Below are positions 10,130 through 22,000 of a stretch of 64,000 bases of DNA, in pieces. The DNA comes from Felis catus. Lineage: Eukaryota. Location: the NCBI RefSeq assembly GCF_018350175.1, contig NC_058369.1, positions 2,296,001 through 2,360,000 on the forward strand. The letters run 5' to 3'. How positions within the stretch are numbered: position 1 is the first letter of the stretch; the number at the start of each line of letters is the position of its first letter. The position numbers and the translations under genes were made by a program. The notes beneath the pieces are model-generated. The model made no database searches and was not told where the DNA came from. It saw only the letters and a program-made list of their open reading frames with translations.

Positions 10130-10760
10130 ATGGGGAGTCTCTGGGGCCGCACACACAGCTGGTGGGAATGCAGAATGGTGCAGCCACTTTGGGAAGAAAG
10201 CCTCTGGAAGCTTCCAGAAAAGTTAAAGAGACACGTTATCATATACCTACCGATTCAACTCAGAGGATCCACCCGAGACAGATGAAATCAAATCCCAACA
10301 CAGACATACACGGATGTTCGTAGTAGCCGGATTCGTGATCACCCAAACTGGAAACCACCATCATGGGCGCGGGCGTAAACACAATGGGGTCCATCCACGC
10401 AGCGGAATGCTCGTGGGCAACGACAAGGCACACGAAGTGCTGATCCACGCAGAAACGTAGATGAACCTCAAAAAACTTACCTCCAGTGAAGGGAGCCAGA
10501 TACAAAAGACACACATTTATAAGCCCATGTATATGACATTTCTATGAAGGAGATACCCCTGGAGGACAGAAAGCTAGGGAAGGGGGGGGGGTATCAAAAT
10601 GGACCAGAGAGACCCTTCTGAGGTGACGGAAACGTGCTAAGGTTCGGTTGTGGTGATGATTGTGCGCCGGGACAAATTTACTAAATTTACGTGCGCGGCT
10701 GCAAGCTGGCGGCCTCACGGTGCAGAAACGCTGCGGCAACAGCGCTGTAATAAAATATCT
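10130..10760 (+). mobile_element. Old L1 (L1M) 3' fragment
   Basis: GCTGGTGGGAATGCAGAATGGTGCAGCCACTTTGG..., ATGAACCTCAAAAA... and GAAGGGAGCCAGATACAAAAG are typical L1M 3' motifs. Confidence 0.7.
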
Positions 10761-11499
10761 CGCCAGCAGAGGGAGCCAGAGACCACAAGTTCAACTATGA
10801 ATGGGCCTCGGGATAGGGCCTAGTAGGGTCCACCTTCCCCTGTTCCCACCTCCTAAAGGCAAGGAACTGGCCCCTCCGGAAGGCGAATGCAGCTTCTCCC
10901 TGCCTTGGCGGGGGGGGGGGGGGGGGGGGGGTGGTCTCTCCGGGACAAGGCTGCTGCCTTCACTGGGAGGACGTCACTGGTATTCACAACTGGCCACGTA
11001 CGGATCTGCTTGCTGGGAAGCCCTCAGCAGCCCAGCGCTCAATTAACCAGCCTGGGTTACACTTCGTCTTAAATCTCCCAAGAGCTGGCTGCATGCGAGA
11101 GTCTCTGCACTACGTCACAGGAAGCGGTGATATGGGGGCCTCATTCGGGTCACATCTCCTCCCCAAGTCCTCTGACAGCCTTAGCACGAGCCCCAATGGG
11201 GGAGCATGTCCAGGGCGGGGGAGGTGAAGTCACCTTGGACCCCACAACTGAGACACCCGAAACATCCGAGGGAGAAGAACACGAAAAAGGCATGTGGACG
11301 GATGCAGGTGTTATCCACTCAGTCACCCTTAGGGCCGCCCATGAACAGGACAAAGAAGAATTAACTTAACAACAAAGCACTGGGTAGGGAGTAGGATTCG
11401 GGACGCAGGAAAGTGATGGGGCCTCACTGAGATTTTCAAATGACTTCTGGATGGCAGACCATGTTCGCTGGGGAGGGGGGCAGGGAAGCTGGAACAGCT

Positions 11500-11714
11500 A
11501 TTTTTTTTTTTTTAATGTTTTTATTTATTTTCGAGACAGAGACAGAGCGTGAGCAGGGGAGGGGCAGAGAGAGAGGGAGACACAGAATCCAAAGCAGGCT
11601 CCAGGCTCCGAGCCGTCAGCACAGAGCCCGACGCGGGGCTCGAACTCACAGACTGCGAGATCATGACCCGAGCTGAAGTTGGACGCCTAACCGACTGAGC
11701 CACCCAGGCGCCCC
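11500..11714 (-). mobile_element. SINEC_Fc with TSD
   Basis: TSD GGAACAGCTATTT at 11491-11503 and 11715-11727. Confidence 0.9.
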
Positions 11715-12207
11715 GGAACAGCTATTTATCAGCCACCCAACGATGACCCAGCAAAGCCACCTCCAGATTCCTGACTACCGGAGCCTGTGTGAAACGATAC
11801 ATGTTTATTGTTTAAGCCACTAACTTTGGGGACAGTTTGTTATGCAGCAGTAGCTAACACATCTGGATTTCATTGGAAGCGAGAGCCAGGTCCAGGTGAT
11901 CCCAAATCCACTCCTAGAATGGACACACCTTCCTCCATGTCCGGGCCCAGTTCGATGACAGGAACCTACTTTCGACCTGAGCATAATGGTGTCAGGGTTA
12001 CAAGGATACTTCTCACAGCAAGGTGACCCGGGTTCAAATCTTGGATTAGCCATTTAATAACTGTGTGACCCTGGGGAGGTCAGTTAACCTCTCTGGATTC
12101 ACGGAGGATTGAATGGGTTGATTTATCCACTTAATTTCTCTTTGAGCTCATAGAGAATATAACTGTGCCCTTCAAACAGTTTCTTTCATATCCTCATCTC
12201 TCGTCTC

Positions 12208-12588
12208 TGGGAATGTGACCTTATCTGGAAACAGAATGAATTCGGGTGTAACTATTTAAGATGAGGTCCTACTGGAGCAGAGTGGCCCTAAATCCAATGA
12301 CCGGTGTCCTTATAAGAGGGGGATTTGGACACAGACACACACAGGGAGAACATGTGGAGCGGGAGGCCGGACAAGTGAGGACAGACACAAAGATTGGAGA
12401 GATGTGTCTACACGCTAAGGGACACCAAGGCACAGTGGCCACGCTAGAAACAGGAAGGGCAGGGAGCACAGCGCTGCTGACACGTTGATTTTGGACTTCT
12501 GGCCTCCAGAACATGATAGAATAGATTTCTGTTGTGTCAGGCCCCTGGGCATGTGGGGACTGTTAGAGCAGCCCCGGAAATGAATACA
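12208..12588 (+). mobile_element. MaLR (MLT1-type) solo LTR
   Basis: GAATGTGACCTTATCTGGAAA..ATGAGGTC..GGCCCTAAATCCAATGACCGGTGTCCTTATAAGAG..TTGGACTTCTGGCCTCCAGAAC. Confidence 0.75.
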
Positions 12589-13429
12589 AGGCTCTCTCCA
12601 CCAGATGGCAGGAGGCAAACTTCAATCAATTCTGGGTAATTCAATCAATTCGCTTTTCCTGGGGCCAGGTCTAAGTTCAAGGGTGTTCCTTGTGGCCTTG
12701 GAGAGGGGCAGCTGAGGGGCCTCCTGCCCTCGAGTGTCACTGGGCCCCACCACTGTCTTGGGAGGGTCTGTCCTTCTGCCTGTCAGTCATTCATCTGCTG
12801 GCTGGACACCGAGGTCCTTCTACCCACTGGCTTTCTACACCTGTTCCTTCACCTGTGTCACTTGCCTTTTGTCTCTTGCCCACGAAGGCCATTGAGATGT
12901 CCTGGGGATAGGGGAGACAATGGAGGCCCAAGGCTGAAACCTGTCACCACCTCCCTGCTGTCACCTCCCCGTAGTCACTCCACAGCCCCCTCTGCACCCC
13001 GGGCTTTCTCTCGAGCCTCCTGCCTGGCCTGTCCCCAACGCAAGTAACCCTGGGCCTCTGGGGGCTTGAGGTCATCTCCAAAGCTTTGGAAATGGAAACC
13101 CCTTTTCTGTCAAACTTTCATCCAGACCCTGGGGCTTCCCAGGCGACCACAACTCAAAAGCCAAGAAGGAAATCTTTGCTTCCTCCCTGCCCCCGCCTCC
13201 TCTGTGCCCTGAGCCCTTCCAGAGGGCTCAAGGAAGCCTGCGTCCCTGCTAGCCAGACCAGGGCAAGCGGGGGACAGCGAAAGGAAGGACAGGGTGAGCA
13301 CAGGCCAGCCCAAGTCCCAGCTATCAGCCCACCGGCATGCGGGGCGTCCACGGGCGAGAGGAGAATGGATGCCGTGGACGGCTCCTGACCTCTGTGTGGA
13401 CCTAGGGATTTTTCTTTTTTAAGGACCTC

Positions 13430-13645
13430 AGATCTGCACTGTCCACTGGAACTTTCTGCCAGGATGGGAATGTTCTAGATCTGCACTGTCCAGTGTGGAC
13501 GGTCGTCCCCAGCCGCGGGTGACTGTGCAGAAATTGTGACACGCGGACAGTGAGCCTGAGGAACGGAGTTTTAAATTCTGTTTAATTTTAATTTGTTTGA
13601 ATTGAAATAGCCACAGGTACCCGGCGGATACCGTATGAGACCCAC
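13430..13645. mobile_element. MER3-like DNA transposon
   Basis: CTGTCCA..GAACTTTCTGC..GATGGGAATGTTCTA..GAGGAAC..TTTAATTTTAATT..AAATAGCCACA. Confidence 0.65.
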
Positions 13646-14979
13646 TGCCTTGGATAAACTGGTGTGCCCAGCAACCACGGAGAGCCAAGCGCACAGGGGG
13701 AGGCAATTAGCAGACTGGCCCATAAATAAAATACGCTTCAATTAAGGGCCAGTTGAGGGATCGTGGGTGAAAACCTTTTCTGCGGCTCCTACGCGGCAGC
13801 CCTCGCTTTCTCCTCCACAGACCCGCCACAAAAGCCAAGTTGTGTGTTTACATTAGGACCTCTGGGGATGGTGCATCCCAGGATCTGAACTCCCAGGGTG
13901 CCCACCTCCCCCAGCCCCAGACAAAGCGCAGATGATGGGCAAGCGGACTGTTCACTCGCTCACTCGCTCACTCACTCACTCACTCATTCCTTTGGATCCC
14001 AAGCCAGCACACCTACCCAGGTGCCCTGGGGCCCGTGCAAGAATGTCTGAGAATCCTATCAGCGTTGTGTGTTATGTGAATTTTGAACACAGCATGACCT
14101 ATAGCCACTGAGATTGCAAGATTAGCGCCAATTCAAACGGCATTTGGGGAAAAATTAAATAAGAAAGGGAGAATGGGGGTGGGGGTGGTGTTGGAAGTTC
14201 ATTTTTTAAAGGGAATGTGAGGGGAGGCCTGCCGGAGGAGGTCCGGTGACCTCTGAGTGGCTGTCAGGGGGAGACTATTCCTGGCAGAGGAGAGCATGGT
14301 TAGTGCAAAGGCCCTGGGGTAGGCAAGACCACGGCACACCTCCAGGAGGCATTTGCAAACCAGGCCAAAACAGAAATCTAGAATCCCTGGCCTCCTACAA
14401 CCCAAACTCCTGAATTTTCCCAACTCCTCCCCCCCCCCCCCCCCCCCCCGCTTATCTTCCTACCATCCCAAGCCTGGAATACCCACGACCCATTCCTACC
14501 CTGGCCTTGAAAAATTGTACCAGGGTCAAGGCCTCTGCAGTTCCCGCTTTTGGTGCTCAGACGCCGGGCTGGGGGGGGGGGGGGGCGGGGCGCGGGGGAG
14601 GGCAGTTGGGAAAATTCACTGACAAAAATACAGAGCCCAGGGCTTGGTGCTGGGTGAAAGAGACCTGTTACGTTTTCCCCATTAAGGGGGCTTGAAGCGT
14701 CCTTCGTCTGCACTGCACGTTATTAATATTGAGGGAAAAACGTTATCAGCCCCCGTGTGAGGACTGGAACGAGTGCGAAAGATTCGGCCCCCATTCCCAG
14801 CCCCACCCCTAGCCACAAGCCACTCCCGGGCAAGGCTAAAGACGATCCTCTCTAAACAATGCAACTACACGCCGCCCGGCTCCTTCCCAGGTTGCACCCT
14901 CTGACCCCAAGCCCCAGACCCTTCTAAATATCCTCGCCCCTGCCTGGACCCCAAACTGCCCGCGGCTCTGCCCGCTGCC

Positions 14980-15260
14980 CTCCCCCCACAGCGGTACCGC
15001 GAGGGTTAAGCGACGGCGCCGGGCGCGCTGATTGACAGCCCGGCCGGCGGCTGGGGCGAGCCGGCCAATCAGCGGTAGCGGCCGTGGGCCACGTGGGCAA
15101 GCGGCCTCGCGATTGGCCAGAGTCCGCAGCGGCCGCCCGCGGAGTCCGAGCCCACGTGCAGCTGCTGCTCGTTCATTGATCGTCCTCGTGGTGCAGGTGG
15201 CGCCCGGCGGGGCGGGGCCGGGGCGGGCCGGGGCGGGGCCCGAGGGGTCAAAGGGCTCCG
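14980..15260 (+). promoter_or_regulatory. TLE6: TLE6 CpG-island promoter and probable non-coding exon 1 (donor CAG/GTGGCG at 15196/15197)
   Basis: CpG island about 0.8 kb upstream of the ATG exon. Contains TGATTGACAG (15029-15038), CCAAT (15065), ATTGG (15112), E-boxes CACGTG (15090, 15153) and CAGCTG (15159). Confidence 0.7.
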
Positions 15261-15991
15261 GGATGAGGGGAGGACTGGAGGGGCGCTCATTCTCAGCCTG
15301 AACTTGGTTGCCCCCCCCTCCCCCCCCACGTAGCTTCCTTCTTGCTGTTCTGGGCCTCCGTCCTAAGGGAGGTGAGCGGGCAGGCGAGTCTCCTGGAGGA
15401 CCCCAGAGTCCGCGGGGTTGGGGAGGAGGCTGGAAGGCTGGGGAGGGGCAGAAGCCAAGTAAAAAAGGGGGCTTGGTGCCACAGGAGTGACTGGGGTGGA
15501 GAGCGGTCCCTTTCCTCGCGTCTGAGACGTCCTAATTCCCCTGGCCAACTCTTACTCATCCTTCAAAACCCCTTCCCGGTGACGTTCACCCGTACTCAAA
15601 TTTGTCTCACACGGTCTCAAAACTGAGGTTGAAGTTTAGCGTCCTTCTCGGGGGGTCCCCCAGCCCTGGCAGCAGCTGGTAGGGAGGTGTACGTGTTTGA
15701 CACCATCTCCCTCCCAGCCCATGGGATGAGGCCCCTGGATGCGGCCCAGCATCCGTTGGGGCAGCTGGAGGCCCCGGCGTTTGGTAACTGAACACAGGAT
15801 ATAGGTCATGCAGTGCTCAGGTCAGGGAGGTGATGGGGATCCAGGCCTGGGTCCTGGAGGGGAGACTGGGGGGTGGGGTGGGGGGGTGCTGGTTCTGTCC
15901 CTGGCTGCTTGGCCTTCTGCCCTCAGGACCTGCCATCACTTTGTCGCTTTTAGAGTCTCCTGGCTAAAGTCCTTGTGGCTACTGCCTGAAG

Positions 15992-16060
15992 ATGACCTCT
16001 CGGGACCATCTCCGCCCCCAGGAGCACCCTCAAGGCGTGAGGAGGCCCCCAGGAACTTTG
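15992..16060 (+). CDS. TLE6: TLE6 coding exon 1 ([23 protein letters not shown])
   Basis: Acceptor TTTTAG ends at 15953, ATG at 15992, donor TTG/GTGAGG. An alternative in-frame donor lies after 16036. Confidence 0.8.
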
Positions 16061-19000
16061 GTGAGGAGGGCCTGGTGAGGCATTTACCCCTGTGGGTGCT
16101 CATTCCTGGAAGCTGGGCTCAAACCTGGCTGTCCTGCTCCTGCTGGAGGGTCAAGGGCAAGTGGCCAGGCCTTCAGGCTGGGGGCGCTAACCGGTCACAC
16201 CTCCCGACAGGTGCCAAGGCCCTTTGTAAATTACACTTGCTTCTTATCCCCCAGGTGACGAGCACATGACTGCAGCATCTCTGGTTAATATTTTACAAGT
16301 AGTAGCCCCTTGCTCCAGAAACGACCCCTTTCCAACAGTGTGGGCAAACTTTCAAGGACTTTGCAGAGAGTCCGTGTTTGAGACTTTAGGCCAAGCTGCA
16401 AAATGGGAGATACTCCCGGGGTGAGGGGGCTGGGTGGGGACTCACGTGACCGGAGAAAGCGAGTTCCCCTGGAGGTTTCAGGAGGCCCCAGCCTCCAGGA
16501 GGGAGGCGCGGATGGGAGCTGTGGCCTGAGGGCGGCGGGAGGCCGCCGTTCATCGACCTCCTCTCCCCTTCCCCAGGCTTCTCCAGAACTGAACTCCCCG
16601 GACGTCCTGGATCAGCTCCGGCGGCAGTTTCCCAGGTGACGGCCGCGCTCAGGGGCTGGAGGTCCCGCTGTGGCCCCCGGAGGGAGAGAGCGTCCCGTCC
16701 GCGCTCTCGGTGGCCCCGGAGCCCCTCGCCCCAAAGACAGAACGAGTAACGGCAGGCGGGGAGCCTCCTTGGAGCCCGAAGCAAACGGAAAACCGGCAAC
16801 ACCAATCCGGGCCCCCGCGTACCTTTGCGAGTTGTGTTGTTTAGCACGAATGTACTTGCCTCGATTGTCTGTTTCAAGACCTACGATCGCGTCTCCTGAC
16901 GCCGCCTCCAGGGCCTCCCCGGGCGGGGGCGGGGCTGGCTGGGGGGCGGGGCTTGAAGGCTCGTCTCACCGGAGGTTTTCTTCCGCTCAGGCTCCCCCCT
17001 CACCTGACGGCGCAGGTGGAGAGCACGTACCACGCGGTGAGCCCCACCGGGCGGCCCCCGGGCGGCCTGGCGAGCCGGGTTTGGGGACCCCCTCTCCTGG
17101 GCCTACTCCTGCTTCCTTTGGGCCAGTTTCTTCAAGGGGGTTCTTCGTGAATAGTGGCCTCGCTGCAAAAGTTACAAATTCCACGCGTTTCTTTGGCTGA
17201 CAGTTCATCCTTGAAGGATAGGCAACAGGAGCCCCTGCTCCTGGGGAGGGTATGCGCTAAGTATGGTGCCGTCTTCTAGAACTTTCTGCAATGAGGAGAA
17301 TGTTCTATATCAGCGGTGCCCAATATGGCACCCCGCCGGCCACACGCAGCCCATGGAGAACTTGTGAGGAACTGGATCTTTAACTTGACTAAGTGTACAC
17401 TCTTGACTCGTGGCGAGCTCCTTGGACACAGGGCACCTCTAGGCGGGGGGAGAGAGAGAAGTGAACGGAGAAACCGGATTCATAAGCCGTAACCGCTATA
17501 AAGAAGCCGGAAGATGATGGGGGTGGACGGGAGTAAAGATTTTGAGCTGAGATAGTCAGGAAGGGCTTCCTGGAGGAAGTGATGTTCCCTGTGAGGTATG
17601 GAAGATAAGCTTTTCAATCCAGAGAGAGCAGGGAAGGGCATTCCAGGCTGAGGGTGTAGCCTGTGCAAAGGCCCTGGGGCTAGGAATGGGCCTGGAGGAG
17701 GAAAAGCCAGGAGGCCCCTGTGGCTGGAGCAGGGAGAGAGAGAGGGAGGGAGGCAGGGAGGGGACAGGGGCAGGTGTGTAGGGCCTTGTGGTTCTGGGGA
17801 GTCTTTGAACGTCACCATAAGAATGAAATCCAAGGGTGTCCCTGATTAGCTCCCACTCTGTGTAGTGGGTGGTGTCCCATTTGATAGATGTAGTGACCAG
17901 AGAGGTAGAGCACCTTATCCGGGATCACATAGTTGGGGAGAAGCACGCACAGCGTTCGATTCCTACTCTTGTCCGCTTCCATTGGCCACCCCACCCCTCC
18001 CCCGCCTCGGTGCAATCCCTGCTGTTCCCTTGCAGCTCCAGAAGATCCGGCAGGGTCTCCAGGAACATCACAAGCAGGTGAGTGATTGATGACCAGGAGC
18101 TGGGGTGCGGCTGCCCCTCCTTGAAAGACAGGAAAAATGGGGGGGAAGAGACAGAGGCTATGACAGGGACAGGTTGTGGGGGCCCTTGTGGGGCCCGTGG
18201 GGAGGACGTGGGCTTTCACCCCGAAGGAGGTGGGAGCCCTGGAGTGCTGTGGGCAGAGGAGGGCAGCCTGACCCGGAGCCCCCACGCACCCGCACATCGG
18301 AGCCCGTCCCCCATCCTCTTGAGGCTCCTCCCCGGCCTGCTCCCAGGTCCCTGCGTGGCTCAGAGGAGGCCAGGGACCTTTTCAGTCAGCACTTTGCAGG
18401 TCTGTCACTTCTGCCCCAAAGGGCCTGTCATGTGCCAGGCACACCCGGATTGTGGCCTTCCGTGCGCCTGAGGGTTCTCAGGGCCTGGATCGCACATGAG
18501 CTTGGGGGTGGTGGTGGGGGGGGGCAGGTCTGCACGGGGGCCCGGGCTCCCAGCACAGGGCTCCGTGCCCGAGCCGAAGCCTGTCTTCCACTCCTGCCTG
18601 TCCTTCCGCCACCTGGCCCCCTCTCCTGGGTGCTGGCAGGACTTTCTGCCTGTGCCAGATGTGACTGGCGGAAGGCCAGGTCCGTGTCTGCAACTTAGCA
18701 GGGCCTGGGGTGGGCAGTGCACAGAACAGGGAGAGACTGATGGGGGGGGGGGGTGGCGGGGGGGCAGGAAGGAACCAGAACACGGTTATTCATTCAACAG
18801 CTCCTTATCCATCACCTTCTTGCCAAGTGTGGTTGCAGGTGCCAGGGAAATAGAGAAGGACACAGACGAACCTGTGCCCTTGGGGTGATGAGGGCTTGGT
18901 AAACAAGAGTGTCGGATGGTGAAGGCTGGGCAAGGCGCGGGGATGGGACCGAGCCGCCCAGGGGGACATGAGGGCAGGGGTGGGAGTGAGAAGGCCTGCT

Positions 19001-22000
19001 GGGAAGGTGACCAGAGAGGGAGTGCAGATGTCCAGGATGGGAGGAGCAGGATGGGCAGAGGACACAGCCGGGACAAAGGTCCTGGGGCAAGAGCATGCCC
19101 GTGTAAGTGGCTGGAGCCTAGCGATGAAGGGACGAGAGGAAGGGAGGGGAGGTGGTGCAGGGCCGTGGGGGCCTCGGGGAGGACTGGGCTTTTCCCACAG
19201 GGGGGTGCAAGCCGTGGAGGGCCGCAGGCAGGGAAGGGCAGACCTGACTTGGGCGCTCGTGGGCGCCCTTTGGAGGATGGACTGTGGGGGCAGGGCAGGA
19301 GAACGGGACCATCTGGGCGGGGTGGTCACTTAATGCTTTGTGGATTTGGGGGGGCCCCGCAGCACTTGCTGAGTATAGGGATGTAGGGGACAAGGCCCCC
19401 CGAGAGCTGCCGTTCAAGCCAGGAGCCCCCCTCACCCCCACTCAGGGGAAGATCCCTAGAACCCTTGCTGGCCGCGTAGTCCCGCAGAGACTCCTCTGTC
19501 CTCTCCCCTCGGTCTCCCGCTCCCTGTTTTCCCAGCCTCCTTGCTGCACATTTAAAATCCCCAGCAGCAGGCTGGCCCAGCCAGCTCCTCTCCCCAGGGA
19601 GGGCCAGCTAGCAGGCAGGAGGGAGCCACTCTTCCCATGGTGAGTGCACTCAAGTGCCAGTAAATTGCGGATTAACGAGCCAGGGCGAGCTGGGGAAGGC
19701 TCCCCTGGGCGCGTGCTGCTGGGAGGCCCAGCTGGGGAACCCATCACCGGCTGCCCCGGGAGGCAGGTCCCGAGAGGGGCCACGAGAGGGGGTCCCGCTG
19801 CCCGCCCCCTCCCTCGCCATTCCGCCTGCCTGACCGGGCTCCAGATGGAAGCAGGTAAGCCCCGTCCTGACTTTGACAGGTTGCCCCTGCTTCTCTGGGC
19901 CTCTGTTTTCTCGTCTGCAAAACGGGAATGCCAGTAACCCCTGTTAAATAGGCCAGACCGCGGTTGGCACCCACACCGCGCTGCTTTATCGGCTCTCTCT
20001 CGTCATGGATCAGAGCGTTTTCCCAGGATTTTCGAGGTTGCCCTGGGCCAGACAACTCTGGGCGGCTTCTCCGTGCCCACCACGGAGGGGTGCGCGTTGA
20101 CAAGGCAGGGACGCTGCTGGCACAGCCACAGACCCAAGACCAGCTCCACGCCATCTTCTCCGGGAGGCCACGGGAGCTGGGTTGACATTAAACACGTGGC
20201 ACCAGCCACATTTCAAGTGCCCGGTAGCCACTCGAAGCCAGCAGCCACTGCATTAGACGGGCAGGTCTAGAACATTCCCGCTGTATTTAGTCTGGCACTG
20301 GACTAAATGTAGTTGAACTTTGTTCCCGTCGAGGGCTCCCCGTCACGGATTCTTGGGAATAGTGGCCAAGAGGGTTGGTCTGCCCACAGCCCGGACGCAG
20401 GCACGTTCTCGGGACCCCTGCTTCTGGGGTCTGTGCTGTCCTGCTTGGCTGTTGAGCACCTGCCTGAGACTGGAGGAATTGCATTTTTTTTTTAATTTTT
20501 TTTTTAACGTTTATTTATTTTTGAGACAGAGAGACAGAGCATGAACGGGGGAGGGGCAGAGAGAGAGGGAGACACAGAATCGGAAACAGGCTCCAGGCTC
20601 TGAGCCATCAGCCCAGAGCCCGACGCGGGGCTCGAACTCACGGAGCGCGAGATCGTGACCTCAGCTGAAGTCGGATGCTTGACCGACTGAGCCACCCGGG
20701 CGTCCCCCTCGTCGATTTCCTAATACGCTTCCAACACTTAAGCAGATGCACACGTCCCCACGCAGAGGGGAATATGTCCTGGGGTGAGGACCAGATCGGA
20801 TCCTACCTTCTACCATTTTATGAAACTGGCCTTTAGGGCTAGGCTTTACCACCTGCTGCTGAGTTCTGGGTACAAAGAACTCTCTTCACACTCAGCCCGG
20901 TGCCGAGGGCTCTGTGTTACCACCAATCAATCCGCCCAGAACCATTCGAGGCAGGCAGTGTGTCCCCGCCTCGCACACTGAGGGACCCTTGCAGGAGGAG
21001 GTCTGCGCCCCGGGGCTGTCCAGCTGCAGAGGCTTAGCTGGGACGCGTCTGCCCCTCCAGGCAGAAAACTTCCTGCGGACCATGGAGACCTGGAGTCGAC
21101 CCCGGGGCTTCCAGCCGGGGGAGGTGGGTGCCCGGCCCTCGAGGTGGGGATGGGGAAGGGGACGGGCTCGGGGCCAAGGGCGCCCCCTCCCACCCCTCCC
21201 AACCGTGTGCTTGTAGGAGCCCTCGAGCCAGGTCTCGGGTGGGCTGGCTGACCGGCACTCCTGGGGGCCCCCCAGCCCCGAGGCTTCCCCGCACCCGGCG
21301 CTCCCGACCCCGCCGCGCTCCAGTCTCCAGGGGCCGCACTTCGAGGATGTCGTGGCCGCAAGGTCCTCAGACTGGCTCACGCAGCGCTCGGGGGTGGACG
21401 ACGCCCCAGCCCACCAGCTGGACACGCCGGCGTCCTGGGACTCGGAGCCCCAGCTCTGGCAGGACGTCCTCACCGAGCAGCTCTGGCAAATCTTCGCCGG
21501 GACCCACAATAAGGGGGAGCGGCCGCAGCACACACGTGAGCCTCCCGCGGGCGAGGGGCCTGGGGGGTGGGGTGGGAGGGGGCTGTCCAGGGGCAGCACA
21601 GTTGAACCTTGTCCTCCTGTTCACCCCCCCCCCTTCGTCCTAGTGACAGAGCAGGCACCAGGCCTGGTGAGTGACTGGTACCTGGAGGGCTGGGCTTCTG
21701 GCTGGCGGTGATCTGGACTGGGCCCTCGGGCTGGGTGCTGGGGTCCTGGGATCCGTTGGGTCCTTAGCCGCGCATGCCCTCGGGGGACTCAGGACTGTGT
21801 CCCAAGACTGTAGCCCCACCCAGAACGGGACTTGGGGCTGTTGGCGAGTGCTGTCTATACCGCCTGGGCCTCCCTGAGGTTTCCAGGGTCTAAGACTGAC
21901 CCTGGGCTGGTCTTCTGGTCTGAACTGATCGCCCCAATTCCCACGGGCAGGAGAGTCAGGACCTGGGACCGCGCTACTCAGGACCGGAACCGCGTATGGA

